DNA of 64,000 bases from an uncultured delta proteobacterium (GTDB lineage Bacteria > Desulfobacterota > Binatia > UBA9968): the NCBI GenBank assembly GCA_963804165.1, contig CAWDPO010000017.1:128001-192000 (forward strand), written 5' to 3'. The position numbers were made by a program, and so were the translations under genes. The stretch's first letter is position 1. The number at the start of each line of letters is the position of its first letter. The notes below the pieces were generated by a model. That model searched no databases. It was not told the DNA's origin and saw nothing but the letters and a program-made list of their open reading frames with translations. This document shows, one piece after another, positions 1-10,406 of the stretch.

Positions 1-106
1 CGTTACTCCAAGCTAGTCGAATTCGTCTGCTGCAGTCAAGAATCCTGCCGGCGTATAGGCAGGCGGATTTCTTGACGATGGTGTCGCGCGTTGATATGCC
101 AACAGG

Positions 107-1210
107 ATGCTTATACTCAGCAACGAAGAAATCGAATCGTTTTTATCCATCACCACTTGCATCGATGCTCTGGAGAACGCCTATCGCAGTTGGTCCAAAG
201 GCACGGCGATCAACCGGCCGCGCACGGATCTGGTGATGCCCTCATCCAGCGAAGCCGGCGTGTACGCGTTCAAATCCATGGAAGCCGGGCTTTACGATCC
301 GCCGATCGTCGCCATGCGCATCAATTCCGATATCATCCGTTGGAACCAGCAGGGCAATCGCGTGGTCAAAACCAAAATTCCCTCGGCTCCCGGCGAGAAA
401 TACGTCGGGCTTGTAATGTTGTTTTCCATCACAACCGGCGAGCCCCTGGCGATGTTTCCCGACGGCGTGGTGCAAAGAATGCGAGTCGCATCGAGCAGCG
501 CGCTGGCGGCGCGCTATCTCGCGCGGGAAAATGCGAGCACTTTGGCGCTCTTCGGTTCCGGCTGGCAGGCAGGCAGTCAGTTGCCGGCGATGTGCGCCGT
601 GCGCCCGATCAAAAGGGTCAACGTGTTCAGCCCGACTAAGGCCAATCTCGACGCGTTCGTAAAAGAACTCCAGCCCAAAGTCAGTGCCGAAGTGCGCGCA
701 GCTGAAAGTCCTGAAGCAGCGGTGCGCGACGCCGATATTATCGCCACAACGACGAATTCTCTAACGCGCGTCGTCAATCCCGATTGGGTGAAGCCCGGAC
801 TGCACCTGACATGCGTCCGCGTTCCGGAGCTTGGCGAGGAAACCATCCGGAGAATCGACCGCTTGGTGATTCATGCGCACCAACATGCGCCGAAAAATTT
901 CATCGCCGGATACGGTGAAGAGGGAATCGAAGCTCATGACGCGATCGATATCATTGGCAAAGGTCCGGCGCGGGCGCACGAGGTCAAAGTCGAGCACCCG
1001 TTTTGGCTGTCCTCTCCTGAGCTCAAGGATCTGGTAACGGGCAAAGCGGAAGGCCGCGCCAATGCCCTGGAGTCTACGTGCTTTCTAAACAACATCGGTA
1101 TCGGTCTTCAATTCGCGGCCGTCGGCGCCGCGGTTTTTAATGAAGCCAAGGCAAAGGGCGTCGGGCGCGAGATTCCGACGGATTGGTTTTTGGAAACCGT
1201 GCACCCGTGA
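107..1210 (+). CDS. Ornithine cyclodeaminase / mu-crystallin family protein
   Basis: 367 aa; R-x-A-x-x-S-A-L-A-A motif (RVASSSALAARYLAR), Rossmann GSGWQA, ADII.TTT, C-terminal GIGLQFAAVG. Confidence 0.85.
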   Translation: MLILSNEEIESFLSITTCIDALENAYRSWSKGTAINRPRTDLVMPSSSEAGVYAFKSMEAGLYDPPIVAMRINSDIIRWNQQGNRVVKTKIPSAPGEKYVGLVMLFSITTGEPLAMFPDGVVQRMRVASSSALAARYLARENASTLALFGSGWQAGSQLPAMCAVRPIKRVNVFSPTKANLDAFVKELQPKVSAEVRAAESPEAAVRDADIIATTTNSLTRVVNPDWVKPGLHLTCVRVPELGEETIRRIDRLVIHAHQHAPKNFIAGYGEEGIEAHDAIDIIGKGPARAHEVKVEHPFWLSSPELKDLVTGKAEGRANALESTCFLNNIGIGLQFAAVGAAVFNEAKAKGVGREIPTDWFLETVHP

Positions 1211-1345
1211 ACCGAATCGCATTGACCCAACGATACGTATCGCTATCGAATTAAGACCTTGTTAATTATTCAGACCGCATTGACTAAAGCTTTTCATTGC
1301 GGTAGCCGTTAGTGAATCCAGAAACATGTCGAAAGGAGAATTTTT

Positions 1346-2002
1346 ATGGCTCTTCGAATAGGCGATGTCGCGCCGGATTTTTCGGCGGAGACGTCGGAAG
1401 GAAAAATTAACTTTCACGAATGGCTCGGCAATAGCTGGGCGATTCTGTTCTCTCACCCGAAGGATTTTACCCCGGTTTGCACCACGGAACTCGGTTACCT
1501 GGCCGGACTCAAGCCTGAGTTCGAGAAGCGCAACTGCAAGATCATCGGACTCAGCGCCGATCCGGTAAGTGATCACACGAACTGGGCCAAGGACATTCAA
1601 GAGACCCAGGGGCACGCGCCGAACTACCCGATCATCGGCGACGCGGATTTGACGGTCGCCAAACTCTACGACATGCTGCCGGCCAGCGAGACTCCTGGCA
1701 AACGCACCGCGGCGGACAACCAGACGGTCCGCTCGGTGTTTGTCATCGGTCCGGACAAGAAGGTCAAGGCGATGCTCATCTACCCGATGAGCACCGGCCG
1801 CAACTTCGACGAGGTACTGCGCCTGCTCGATTCGGTGCAACTTACCGCCAAGCACACGGTCGCGACGCCGGTCAACTGGAAGCCGGGCCAGGATGTCATT
1901 ATTCCCACGTCGGTCTCTGACGAGGACGCCAAAAAGAAGTATCCGCAGGGCTATAAAACGCTCAAGCCCTACCTGCGGGTCGTTTCGCAGCCCAAGGAAT
2001 AA
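1346..2002 (+). CDS. 1-Cys peroxiredoxin (Prx6 family)
   Basis: FSHPKDFTPVCTTE peroxidatic Cys motif, YPMSTGRNFDE, TPVNWKPG; AGGAG RBS upstream. Confidence 0.95.
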   Translation: MALRIGDVAPDFSAETSEGKINFHEWLGNSWAILFSHPKDFTPVCTTELGYLAGLKPEFEKRNCKIIGLSADPVSDHTNWAKDIQETQGHAPNYPIIGDADLTVAKLYDMLPASETPGKRTAADNQTVRSVFVIGPDKKVKAMLIYPMSTGRNFDEVLRLLDSVQLTAKHTVATPVNWKPGQDVIIPTSVSDEDAKKKYPQGYKTLKPYLRVVSQPKE

Positions 2003-2085
2003 TTGTCTTTTACTTCTGAGTAATAATCGCACGGGCGAGTGTTGACCGGCAAAGCTACCGGCGCATTCGCCTGTTCGGCATATAG

Positions 2086-2802
2086 TCAAATCCCCAAATG
2101 CTGATGCAGCAGCTCCGGTTGCGAGCGGAGCTCCTCACGGGTTCCTTCGAAGACCACGCGGCCCTTCACGAGAATCACGTTTCTATCGGTTAGAGCCGAA
2201 ACGGCGGCGAAGTTCTTATCGACGATGATGGCGGCGATGCCGGATTCGCGAATCGTCCGGATAATGTGCCAGATCTCCTGCGCGATGAGAGGCGCCAGGC
2301 CTTCGGTCGCCTCGTCGAGTATGAGCAAGACAGGATTGGTCATGAGTGCGCGGCCGATGGAAAGCATTTGCTGCTCGCCGCCTGACAGTTGCTGGCCGCC
2401 GTGGGAAAGTCGCTCGGCGAGTCTTGGAAAAATTTCCAGGACGCGTTTGTAACTCCAATCATGCCGCCCGTCCGACTCGGGGCGCGCCGCCATGATCAGG
2501 TTTTCCTTGACCGTGAGATTCGCAAAGATGCCGCGACCCTCGGGAACGTAGGCGATGCCTTGGCGGGCGATCAGGTGAGGTGCGGCGCGAGTCATGATTT
2601 GCCCGTTGATTTTAACTTCACCGCGTCGCGGCGGGACATGGCCCACCAGCGAGCGAATCAGAGTCGACTTGCCCATGCCGTTGCGCCCCATCAGGCCTAC
2701 CGCTTCGCCGGCACTGATGGAAAAATCGATGCCGCGCAGAACGTGGCTCGCACCGTAGTAGGTGTGCAATTCACGGCATTCGATAATCGGGTGGCTGCTC
2801 AT
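2086..2802 (-). CDS. livF: Branched-chain-type ABC transporter ATP-binding protein (LivF-like)
   Basis: GRNGMGKS Walker A, VPEGRGIF, LSGGEQQM, LDE. Confidence 0.9.
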   Translation of the reverse strand: MSSHPIIECRELHTYYGASHVLRGIDFSISAGEAVGLMGRNGMGKSTLIRSLVGHVPPRRGEVKINGQIMTRAAPHLIARQGIAYVPEGRGIFANLTVKENLIMAARPESDGRHDWSYKRVLEIFPRLAERLSHGGQQLSGGEQQMLSIGRALMTNPVLLILDEATEGLAPLIAQEIWHIIRTIRESGIAAIIVDKNFAAVSALTDRNVILVKGRVVFEGTREELRSQPELLHQHLGI

Positions 2803-3557
2803 ATCGTTGAGTCCAAGCCACCGAGGTAAGCGGTTTGCACGTCACGATTGGCGCGAATTTCCTTAGGTGTGCCGGACGCTAGGACCCTTCCGTCGACCAT
2901 CACGGTGAGCAGGTCGGCCAATTGGAAAACCGCGTCCATGTCGTGCTCGACCAAGAGAACGGCATGACTTTCCGCGAGACGGCGGATCAATTCGATCATT
3001 TTCTGCGATTCCTCCGCGCCCATGCCGGCGAGCGGTTCATCGAGCAGTAACAATTGCGGCTGGGTGGCCAGGCACATGGCGATTTCCAGTTGACGTTGTT
3101 CGCCGTGGCTCAGCTCGAGCGCAAGATCGTTCACCCGCGCACTCAGATTTACCGAGCCCAACGCAGATCGGGCGTGCCGCAAAACGTCATCGTAGGAAAG
3201 CGCGTCGCGCAGCCAATTGAGCGCGTGCGGCACGCGTGACTGCGCCGCCAGGCGGCAATTTTCCAGCGCGCTGAATCCGGGAAAGATATTGGTCTTTTGA
3301 TAGCTGCGGCCAATACCCTGAAGTGAGCGCTGTTCCGGCGTGAGATCCGAAATCTCATCGCCGCGGAAAAGAATACTGCCCGACGTGGCTCGCAGATCGC
3401 CGGCCAGCAAATCGATTAACGTTGTCTTGCCGGCGCCGTTGGGTCCGATCACGGCGTGCAGCTCGCCGGTTTTGACGTCGAGCGACACGTGATCCACGGC
3501 AGCGAGGCCGCCGAAGCCTTTACACAATTCGCGCACCTGTAGAATCGTTTCGCTCAT
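2799..3557 (-). CDS. livG: Branched-chain-type ABC transporter ATP-binding protein (LivG-like)
   Basis: Start moved to ATG at 3557 (MSETILQV), overlapping the livM stop; GPNGAGKT, LSHGEQR, LDEP, VEHDM. Confidence 0.9.
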   Translation of the reverse strand: MSETILQVRELCKGFGGLAAVDHVSLDVKTGELHAVIGPNGAGKTTLIDLLAGDLRATSGSILFRGDEISDLTPEQRSLQGIGRSYQKTNIFPGFSALENCRLAAQSRVPHALNWLRDALSYDDVLRHARSALGSVNLSARVNDLALELSHGEQRQLEIAMCLATQPQLLLLDEPLAGMGAEESQKMIELIRRLAESHAVLLVEHDMDAVFQLADLLTVMVDGRVLASGTPKEIRANRDVQTAYLGGLDSTI

Positions 3558-4561
3558 GCGTCGGTCTCGGGATCGAGATTTACCTGCCGGTACGAACGCC
3601 GGCGCAGCGCGGCGTCGATCAAGCCGCCAATGCCATGCGGTAACACGAGCACGATGACGACGATCAAGCTTCCCATGGCGAGCTGCCAGTGCTTGGCGTA
3701 TGCGCCCAGAACGGCCGGTGCGGAAAAAACTTCCTGAATCATGATGTACGCGAACGCGCCCAGCACCGCGCCATGGAGCCGGCCCATACCGCCGAGGATG
3801 ACCATCATCAAGACGATGCCTGACTGATGCCACGCCAGAATGTCCGGATTGACGAAGCCAAATTGGCACGCCGCAAGGTAGCCGGCCAATCCCGCCAACG
3901 CGCCGGCGAGAACGAAGGCGGCCAGTTTGTAACCGAATACCGGATAACCAATGGACCGCATGCGTCGCTCATTGGCGCGAATACCGGCCAATGCGCGGCC
4001 ATAAGGAGAATGCAGCAACCGGTCAAGAAAAAGATAAACGAGAAGCAAAAAAATCAGCGCTAAATAGTAAAACTGCACGGGGCTTTCGAGATCGAGAGGC
4101 TTGAGACCGAAAATACCAAGGTCCGGGCGCACGTAGATATAAATACCGTCGGAGCCGCCGCCTAGCCTGGTGTCGTGAAAGATCGAATAGAGCATCTGCG
4201 CGAAGGCGAGAGTGACCATGATGAAGTAGACGCCGGCGGTGCGGACGACCAAAAAACCGATGACGAGGGCGCCAATCGCCGCGGCGATCATCGCGGCGGG
4301 CAGAGTGAGCCACAGGTTGGCCGCTTCGTATTTCGGCGAGAGCGACGCCAGTGTGTAGGCGGCGATCCCGAAATACGCCGCATGTCCCAGACTGGTCAAA
4401 CCCGTGTGGCCGACGAGCAGGTCAAGGCTTAACGCGAAGATTGCCATGATCATGATTTTCGCGCCGAGCTGAACGTAGAAAGTCGCGCCGACCAAAGGGA
4501 AGAGTGCGAGCGCTAGGGCGGCGACAATCAGGATGTTGCGCGGCAGTGAGATCGGGAGCAC
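3554..4561 (-). CDS. livM: Branched-chain-type ABC transporter permease (LivM-like)
   Basis: G.TGL.SLGHAAYFG, YFIMVTLAFAQ, GGSDG, GRAL..IR.NE, ILGG.G. Confidence 0.9.
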   Translation of the reverse strand: MLPISLPRNILIVAALALALFPLVGATFYVQLGAKIMIMAIFALSLDLLVGHTGLTSLGHAAYFGIAAYTLASLSPKYEAANLWLTLPAAMIAAAIGALVIGFLVVRTAGVYFIMVTLAFAQMLYSIFHDTRLGGGSDGIYIYVRPDLGIFGLKPLDLESPVQFYYLALIFLLLVYLFLDRLLHSPYGRALAGIRANERRMRSIGYPVFGYKLAAFVLAGALAGLAGYLAACQFGFVNPDILAWHQSGIVLMMVILGGMGRLHGAVLGAFAYIMIQEVFSAPAVLGAYAKHWQLAMGSLIVVIVLVLPHGIGGLIDAALRRRSYRQVNLDPETDA

Positions 4562-4568
4562 GTCGGTG

Positions 4569-5426
4569 TCAAGCCTTGTTCGCGATCCCCTGGGGTCGCC
4601 ACAAAAGAATCACCGCCATCACCAGGTAAACGACGACGCCGGAGTACTCCGCCGCGAGCACTTTGCCGACCGTGTCGGCGACGCCGACTGCGAGAGAGGC
4701 AATCAGCGCGCCGTTGATCGAGCCGATGCCGCCGATCACCACGACGACGAAACAAATGATCAAGACCTGGTTACCCATGCCGGGAAAAACGGAAGAGATC
4801 GGTGCGGCGATGGTGCCGGCAAAGGCGGCCAGTGCGACGCCGACAGCGAACACCAGCGCAAACAGCAGCGGGATATTGACGCCGAGCGATGCGGCCATTT
4901 CCCTGTTGCTGTTGCCGGCGCGGATCATCATACCGACACGGGTGCGCTGGATCACGAAATAGAGCAGGGCGGCGATCATCAGACAAACCGCGGTGACGAA
5001 CAATCGATAAACCGGGTAGGAGAGCATCTCCGTTAGTGGAATCGAATAGTCCAATATTGCGGGCACGGCGACACCATGGACTTCATCACCAAAGAGAATG
5101 CTGCGCAGCTCTTCAAAAACCAAGATTAGACCGAACGTGAGCAGCACTTGATAAAGATGATCGCGCTTATATAAGCGGCTGACGACGGCAGTCTCCAGCA
5201 ACAGACCGATGCCGAAAGCAATGATGATCCCCAGAGGCAAAGCAAGCCAAAGACTGCCCGTGAGCTTGGCCAGCCAATAGGCGAGATACGCGCCGATCAT
5301 GTAGAAACTGCCGTGCGCCAAATTGATCACGCCCATGATACCGAAGATAAGCGTCAGTCCGCTCGACAGTAGAAATAACAGTAAGCCGTACTGGACGGCG
5401 TTTAATAACTGAATTAGATAAAACAT
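4569..5426 (-). CDS. livH: Branched-chain-type ABC transporter permease (LivH-like)
   Basis: GLTLIFGIMGVINLAHG, VVIGGIGS, RPQG. Confidence 0.9.
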   Translation of the reverse strand: MFYLIQLLNAVQYGLLLFLLSSGLTLIFGIMGVINLAHGSFYMIGAYLAYWLAKLTGSLWLALPLGIIIAFGIGLLLETAVVSRLYKRDHLYQVLLTFGLILVFEELRSILFGDEVHGVAVPAILDYSIPLTEMLSYPVYRLFVTAVCLMIAALLYFVIQRTRVGMMIRAGNSNREMAASLGVNIPLLFALVFAVGVALAAFAGTIAAPISSVFPGMGNQVLIICFVVVVIGGIGSINGALIASLAVGVADTVGKVLAAEYSGVVVYLVMAVILLWRPQGIANKA

Positions 5427-5436
5427 GAAAATCTTT

Positions 5437-5482
5437 GTTCCAGTAGTTCCAATCGTTTCAAACGTTCCAGTCGTTCAAAACG
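5437..5482. repeat. Short tandem array of ~9-10 nt GTTC(C/A)A-type units (intergenic repeat family; inverted copies at ~37229-37264 and ~38639-38674)
   Basis: gttccagta gttccaatc gtttcaaac gttccagtc gttcaaaac. Confidence 0.7.
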
Positions 5483-5557
5483 CACGAAGGCATTTCGATA
5501 TCCGGTCGGTTGATTGGCGCGATTGACTTTTCAGTTTGGAACGCGACGCCCGCGCCG

Positions 5558-6766
5558 CTACATTTTACAACCCCGCGCCGGGTCGGCGAGGGCTTTGTGG
5601 GCGACGCTGACGAAGCGGTTTTCCCGGCCCACGACTTTGCGCAGATAAAAGTCTTGGATAGGATTGTGCGCCCTCGACATCGTCCATGGTCCGCGCGGGC
5701 TATCGATCCTGGCTTTCTCCATGGCGGCGATCATTTCTTTTCTTTTGCTAATATCGCCTTTGACCGCGTCGAGTCCGAGCGCGAGCAACAGCCCGGCATC
5801 GTAGCCTTGCACGGCATACACGTCCGGATCGATCTTGTGCGCCTTGGTGTATGCGGCACGAAACTCTTTATCGCGTTTGGTATTGAGGCCATCGGAGTAG
5901 TGCAGAGTGGTCTCCAATCCTTCCGCCGCGTTATCGACGGCGTCCAATACGCCGTCGGTCAAAAAGCCGGAGCCGAAAAGCGGAATGTTCTTGCGCAATC
6001 CCGCCGCGGCGTAATCTTTAATGAACTTCGCCGCGCCGCCGCCGGCAAAAAAGACAAATACCGCGTCAGGCTTGATCGAGGCAATTTCCGTGAGCAATGC
6101 TTGAAATTCCACATTCGGGAACGGAATCCACAAACCGCGCACGGATTTGCCGCCGGCTTTGATGAAGCCCTCGGTGAAGCCGGCAACCGCCTCTTCGCCG
6201 GCGCCGTATTTCCAGGCGAGCGAGACGACGTTTCGGATGCCGCGATCGGCGAGCACTTTACCCATTGGATAGGAAGGCTGCCAGTTGGAGAACGAGGTGC
6301 GAAAAATATTCGGCGCGCACAACGCTCCGGTAGCGGCGTCGAGCCCGGCGTTGGGAATGATCATGAGCGTATTATTTTCCTTGGCGATCTTGACCATTCC
6401 CATCTGCACGCCGCTGTGGACGGTGCCGACGAGCACGTCGACCTTGTCGCGCTGTACCAGTTTGTTGGTATTCTCCGGCGCTTTTGCCGGCTCGGCTTCG
6501 TCGTCGACGCTGAAGAATTCAAGCTCTCGCCCGCCGAGTTTACCGCCGCGCTCGTTGGCGGCGAGTTTGAAACCGTTTGTGATTGCGGCGCCGAGCTGAG
6601 CGTAGGTGCCCGTGTATGGCAGCATGAGTCCGACACGGATTTTCTGCGCTTGGGCGAGGGTGGGCGGCGTCGGTAAACCAGTGTACGCCGCCAGCAAACC
6701 GGCGGCGATTAAAAACTTCCTGCGGTCTAGTTTGTGATCAAGCATCATCCTTCTCCAATTCTCCAT
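5558..6766 (-). CDS. ABC substrate-binding protein (LivK/aromatic-acid type), twin-arginine-like signal
   Basis: DRRKFL signal; GLMLPYTG, GTVHSGV, PNIFRTSF, SPRGP; adjacent to benzoate-CoA ligase. Confidence 0.88.
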   Translation of the reverse strand: MENWRRMMLDHKLDRRKFLIAAGLLAAYTGLPTPPTLAQAQKIRVGLMLPYTGTYAQLGAAITNGFKLAANERGGKLGGRELEFFSVDDEAEPAKAPENTNKLVQRDKVDVLVGTVHSGVQMGMVKIAKENNTLMIIPNAGLDAATGALCAPNIFRTSFSNWQPSYPMGKVLADRGIRNVVSLAWKYGAGEEAVAGFTEGFIKAGGKSVRGLWIPFPNVEFQALLTEIASIKPDAVFVFFAGGGAAKFIKDYAAAGLRKNIPLFGSGFLTDGVLDAVDNAAEGLETTLHYSDGLNTKRDKEFRAAYTKAHKIDPDVYAVQGYDAGLLLALGLDAVKGDISKRKEMIAAMEKARIDSPRGPWTMSRAHNPIQDFYLRKVVGRENRFVSVAHKALADPARGCKM

Positions 6767-6779
6767 GTGTTTGACGCGC

Positions 6780-6853
6780 TGGAGTGGTGGAGTATCGGAG
6801 TACTGGAGTGTTCAGAATCCGGAACCCCATCACTCCAATACTCCATTTCTCCA
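6780..6853. repeat. Intergenic palindromic TGGAGT../..ACTCCA repeat element
   Basis: Four GGAGT units followed by inverted (A/T)CTCCA units; can form a hairpin. Confidence 0.65.
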
Positions 6854-8401
6854 CTATTTCTCACGCAGCTTGAAACGCTGAATCTTCCCCGTCGCGGTCT
6901 TGGGCAGCTCGGCGACGAACTCGATCCAGCGCGGATATTTGTATGGCGCCAGCTTAGCTTTCACGTGGCGCTGGAGATCGGCGGCGAGGGTTTCGGTCTG
7001 CGCCACGTCGGGGCGCAGCACCACGTAGGCCTTCGGTTTGATCAGACCGTTTTCATCAGCTTGGCCGACCACGGCGGCTTCAAGCACAGCCCCGTGGGAG
7101 GCGACGGCGGATTCGACCTCAAAGGGCGAAACCCATATCCCGCTCACTTTAAGCATGTCGTCGTTGCGCCCTGAGTAGGTAAAATAGCCGTCTTCGCTTT
7201 CAGTGTATTTGTCGCCGCTTCGCGTCCACGGGCCGAGGAACGTGCTGCGGCTCTTTTCGCGGTTGTTCCAGTAGTGAGCAGCAGCCGTCGGACCCGCCAC
7301 TTGCAACTCACCGATCTCACTTTTGGCGACCGGCCGGCCGTCTTCGTCGACGAGCCGGACATCGTAGCCGGGCACGGGCTTGCCGGTGGTGCCGTAGCGC
7401 ACGTCGCCCGGACGGTTCGATAAAAAGATATGCAGCATTTCAGTAGAGCCCAGGCCGTCGAGAATATCCACGCCGGTGTGCTCCAGCCAGCGCCGGCCCA
7501 CCTCAGACGGCAATGCTTCGCCGGCGGAAGTGCAGCGGCGCAAACTAAGCTCTTCCCGCCTCGGTAACTCCGGACACGACAGCATCGCGCTGTAAAGCGT
7601 GGGGACGCCGTAAAAGATCGTCGGCCGATACTCGCGCAGGATACGGCAAACCGCTTGTGGCGTAGGCCGATCGCCGAGCAAGACCGTCGTGGCACCGACC
7701 GAAAGCGGAAAAGTGAGTGCGTTGCCGAGTCCGTAGGCGAAGAACAACTTCGCTGCCGAAAACACGACATCGCTTTCCTGGATACCGAGGACCGGTTGAG
7801 CATACGACTCGGCGGTACGAATCATGCTCGTTTGCACGTGCACCACACCCTTTGGCGTGCCGGTGGAACCGGATGAGTAGAGCCAAAAGCAGGCGTCGTC
7901 GGCGCGGGTCGGCGCGGCGGTGAAATCTGTGCCGGCCGTAGCCATCAAGTCTGATAGCCGTTGGTGCCGCGAGAGACTTTCTCCCGATACGACTACGTGC
8001 TTTAGGAACGGTTGGTCATCGAGGATCGGCGCAAACACCGGCAGCAGCGCTTCGGACACGACCAGAGCTTGAGCACGGCTGTCGCGCAGCATGAAATCGA
8101 AGTCACTGTCCATGAGCAGCGTGTTGACGGCGATCGGCACCATCCCGGCTTTGATCGCGCCGAGAAAGACGGACGGGAAATCGATAGTGTCGAGGAGGCA
8201 GACCATGACGCGGGTTTCCAGCGCCAAGCCGAGGCCCGTGAGTGCGTTGGCACAGCGGTTCACACGTTCGGCGAGAGCGGCGAAGCTATAGCTGCCGCGC
8301 TCATCAATATAGGCGGTTTTCTGCGGCCTAGTGGCGAGGTTCCGATCGATCAAATCCTGTGCCGCGTTGTAGCGCTCCAGTGTCGCTGTGTGCGCGCTCA
8401 T
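6854..8401 (-). CDS. Benzoate-CoA ligase family protein
   Basis: WLYSSGSTGTPKG, SAAKLFFAYGLGN, SAGEAL, DGLGSTEMLHIFLSN, LPKTATGKIQRF (BCL/4HBCL signature). Confidence 0.92.
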   Translation of the reverse strand: MSAHTATLERYNAAQDLIDRNLATRPQKTAYIDERGSYSFAALAERVNRCANALTGLGLALETRVMVCLLDTIDFPSVFLGAIKAGMVPIAVNTLLMDSDFDFMLRDSRAQALVVSEALLPVFAPILDDQPFLKHVVVSGESLSRHQRLSDLMATAGTDFTAAPTRADDACFWLYSSGSTGTPKGVVHVQTSMIRTAESYAQPVLGIQESDVVFSAAKLFFAYGLGNALTFPLSVGATTVLLGDRPTPQAVCRILREYRPTIFYGVPTLYSAMLSCPELPRREELSLRRCTSAGEALPSEVGRRWLEHTGVDILDGLGSTEMLHIFLSNRPGDVRYGTTGKPVPGYDVRLVDEDGRPVAKSEIGELQVAGPTAAAHYWNNREKSRSTFLGPWTRSGDKYTESEDGYFTYSGRNDDMLKVSGIWVSPFEVESAVASHGAVLEAAVVGQADENGLIKPKAYVVLRPDVAQTETLAADLQRHVKAKLAPYKYPRWIEFVAELPKTATGKIQRFKLREK

Positions 8402-8567
8402 CTGGACCTCCGAGTTCGGTCAGCCATCCTCTGTACCTCATAGGTCCCGGCGATACCGGGTCGGTAAGTTTTTACTATAGATGGTGTGTAAGGAGCAATC
8501 GGAGTCACCGACGCCGGACTGGTATGGGCTTATTACGTATCACGCGTCGCTATTCAGCCAACGTCCG

Positions 8568-9620
8568 CTACTTGAGATAGCCACGTTCCCGATAAAAGCG
8601 CTTCGCTCCGGGATGGAGCGGCACGTCGTACGGCGCTTCTTCGTCATTGGCGCAGAGTTGCGCCATGTCGAGCGGCTTATAGTTATCGGTGGAAATCAAG
8701 TCTTGGCGCTTTTCGATCGCTTCGCAGAGCGCATAGGCGACTTTATTCGGCATATCGGCGTGAACGATCATCGGCCAGCCGCTGAAATCGACGGTCGGTA
8801 AGTCTTCCGCGAGTCCGTTGAAGCGCGTTTTTGTCATCGTCGCCGGCCGGTAGCCGAGCGCTTTCATGCGTTTCAGCACGATGCCGTCGATGGGCAGAAA
8901 GCGAAACCCATGCTCCAAGGCAGTTTGTCCGCAGCTCTTGATGCCTTCGTCGTAAATCGCGTTGATTGTGCCTGTTTCTATCCCCTTGCGCCGGCTCGGA
9001 TCGCTTGGCCGCGGCGCGCTATGAAGCTTGGCGCCCCAGCGACGCAGATCGCCGAGCGAAAAACCCGCCGCGCCCAAAACTGCCGAGACCGTGAACATCG
9101 TGGCATTTCCAGCCAGCGAGCTTTTGGCTATCACGCCGGTGGAAATGCGCAAGGGAGTGCGTTCTTTGCCGATCTGTGACAGGGAAGTAATTCCCGTCGA
9201 TGCATGAACCGCAAAACCCATGAGGTCGTAGGAGGGGAAAACAGCGACAGTCCTGAGCGGCAACCGCTTTGGGAAGGGGCCCGTGCCGCGATACGCCATG
9301 GTCAAGAGCACCGAGGGATTCACCCATGCGAGCGAATACTTTCCTTCGGCGACCGCGATGATCTCGCGAAAACTGCCGGTGGTGAAGGAAATCGTGACCT
9401 CCGGTCGGGTCTCGGATTTCTTCGTGTCGAGAGAAAGCCTGAGCACGCGGCCGAGATCCGTGTCGGTTTGCAGCACTCCCTCTGCCGCGCGTTTGGTCTG
9501 ATACGAAAGCGAACTGTCGTAAAGTCCGGCGGCGATTTCCAGCAGCCCTTTGGCGCGCTGAATGCCGGCATTGTACCTTGTGGTGGCCATTGATTTCGAA
9601 CTTCCCGAAAATGGCCACAC
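8568..9620 (-). CDS. TAXI-like (TRAP) solute-binding-fold protein, no evident signal peptide
   Basis: WVNPS, LR.VAVFPS.D, VDFSGWP, C-terminal PLHPGA.RFYRE.G typical of TAXI; start may be ATG 9590. Confidence 0.7.
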   Translation of the reverse strand: MWPFSGSSKSMATTRYNAGIQRAKGLLEIAAGLYDSSLSYQTKRAAEGVLQTDTDLGRVLRLSLDTKKSETRPEVTISFTTGSFREIIAVAEGKYSLAWVNPSVLLTMAYRGTGPFPKRLPLRTVAVFPSYDLMGFAVHASTGITSLSQIGKERTPLRISTGVIAKSSLAGNATMFTVSAVLGAAGFSLGDLRRWGAKLHSAPRPSDPSRRKGIETGTINAIYDEGIKSCGQTALEHGFRFLPIDGIVLKRMKALGYRPATMTKTRFNGLAEDLPTVDFSGWPMIVHADMPNKVAYALCEAIEKRQDLISTDNYKPLDMAQLCANDEEAPYDVPLHPGAKRFYRERGYLK

Positions 9621-9769
9621 CTTAATCGTCGGCGCAGCGAATCACAACACCGTGCGGCAAATAGACTGTTTGAAGACCGAGGTTTTTCTGCTCCTCGCGA
9701 CCTCCGGTAAAAACGGCGTCTCCGGGTTAAACCTAAGAAGGGGAAATGGAATGAATGCGTGCGGGATGA

Positions 9770-9798
9770 CCGGACCGTCCGTAACGGGGACGGTCCGG
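9770..9798 (-). terminator. GC-rich hairpin downstream of the 9817-10359 gene
   Basis: ccggaccgtcc-gtaacgg-ggacggtccgg perfect 11-bp stem; weak U-tract. Confidence 0.45.
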
Positions 9799-9816
9799 CG
9801 GAACTTGGCGGATCGG

Positions 9817-10359
9817 TTATTTTCTCACGAGGTCGGTTCTCAGCTCACGTCGCTGCGAATCCAGCTTGGCGCGGTCTTTCCGTAGTTCAGCGCGGTCATC
9901 GTGGATCTCCTTCAGGTCGGCGCGAATCTCCTGGCGGTCTTTCATGATTTCGCTTTTGCTCGCGCCGTTGCGCAGATCGCGCCTGAGTTCCGCGCGGTCT
10001 TTTCTCAGCTCGGCGTAATCTTTGCGCAGCTCGACGCGATCGTCCTTAATCTCTTTGCGGGTGTTACGAACGTCTTTGAAACCGTCGCGAATCTCGGGTT
10101 TGTTGTGGTGGCCGCGATTGTCGTACCGGACATGGCGATGATACCGGCGCGGCTCGGGGTGCCGATAGTAACGGCGGTCATGCACGTCATGGTCAAATTT
10201 CTTTGCCTTATGTTTTTCCCAACCTTTATGCTTGCCATGATTTTCCGCCTCATGATGTTTGTCGCCCTCACCCTTCGGGTCTGCCATCGCCGAGGTGGCG
10301 GGCATCAGTAAAGTTGCAGAGAGCAACCCGGCTAGGACAAAAACTTTTGAACGATTCAT
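9817..10359 (-). CDS. Secreted hypothetical protein, His/Lys-rich N-terminus and heptad (ELRKDRA) coiled-coil repeats
   Basis: Signal peptide ending AMA-D; repeated ELRKDRAELRRD units; AGGAG RBS. Confidence 0.7.
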   Translation of the reverse strand: MNRSKVFVLAGLLSATLLMPATSAMADPKGEGDKHHEAENHGKHKGWEKHKAKKFDHDVHDRRYYRHPEPRRYHRHVRYDNRGHHNKPEIRDGFKDVRNTRKEIKDDRVELRKDYAELRKDRAELRRDLRNGASKSEIMKDRQEIRADLKEIHDDRAELRKDRAKLDSQRRELRTDLVRK

Positions 10360-10406
10360 TTCACTTCTCCTTTAGTACGCGGCTTAATTTCGTTTCGTCT
10401 GATCAA

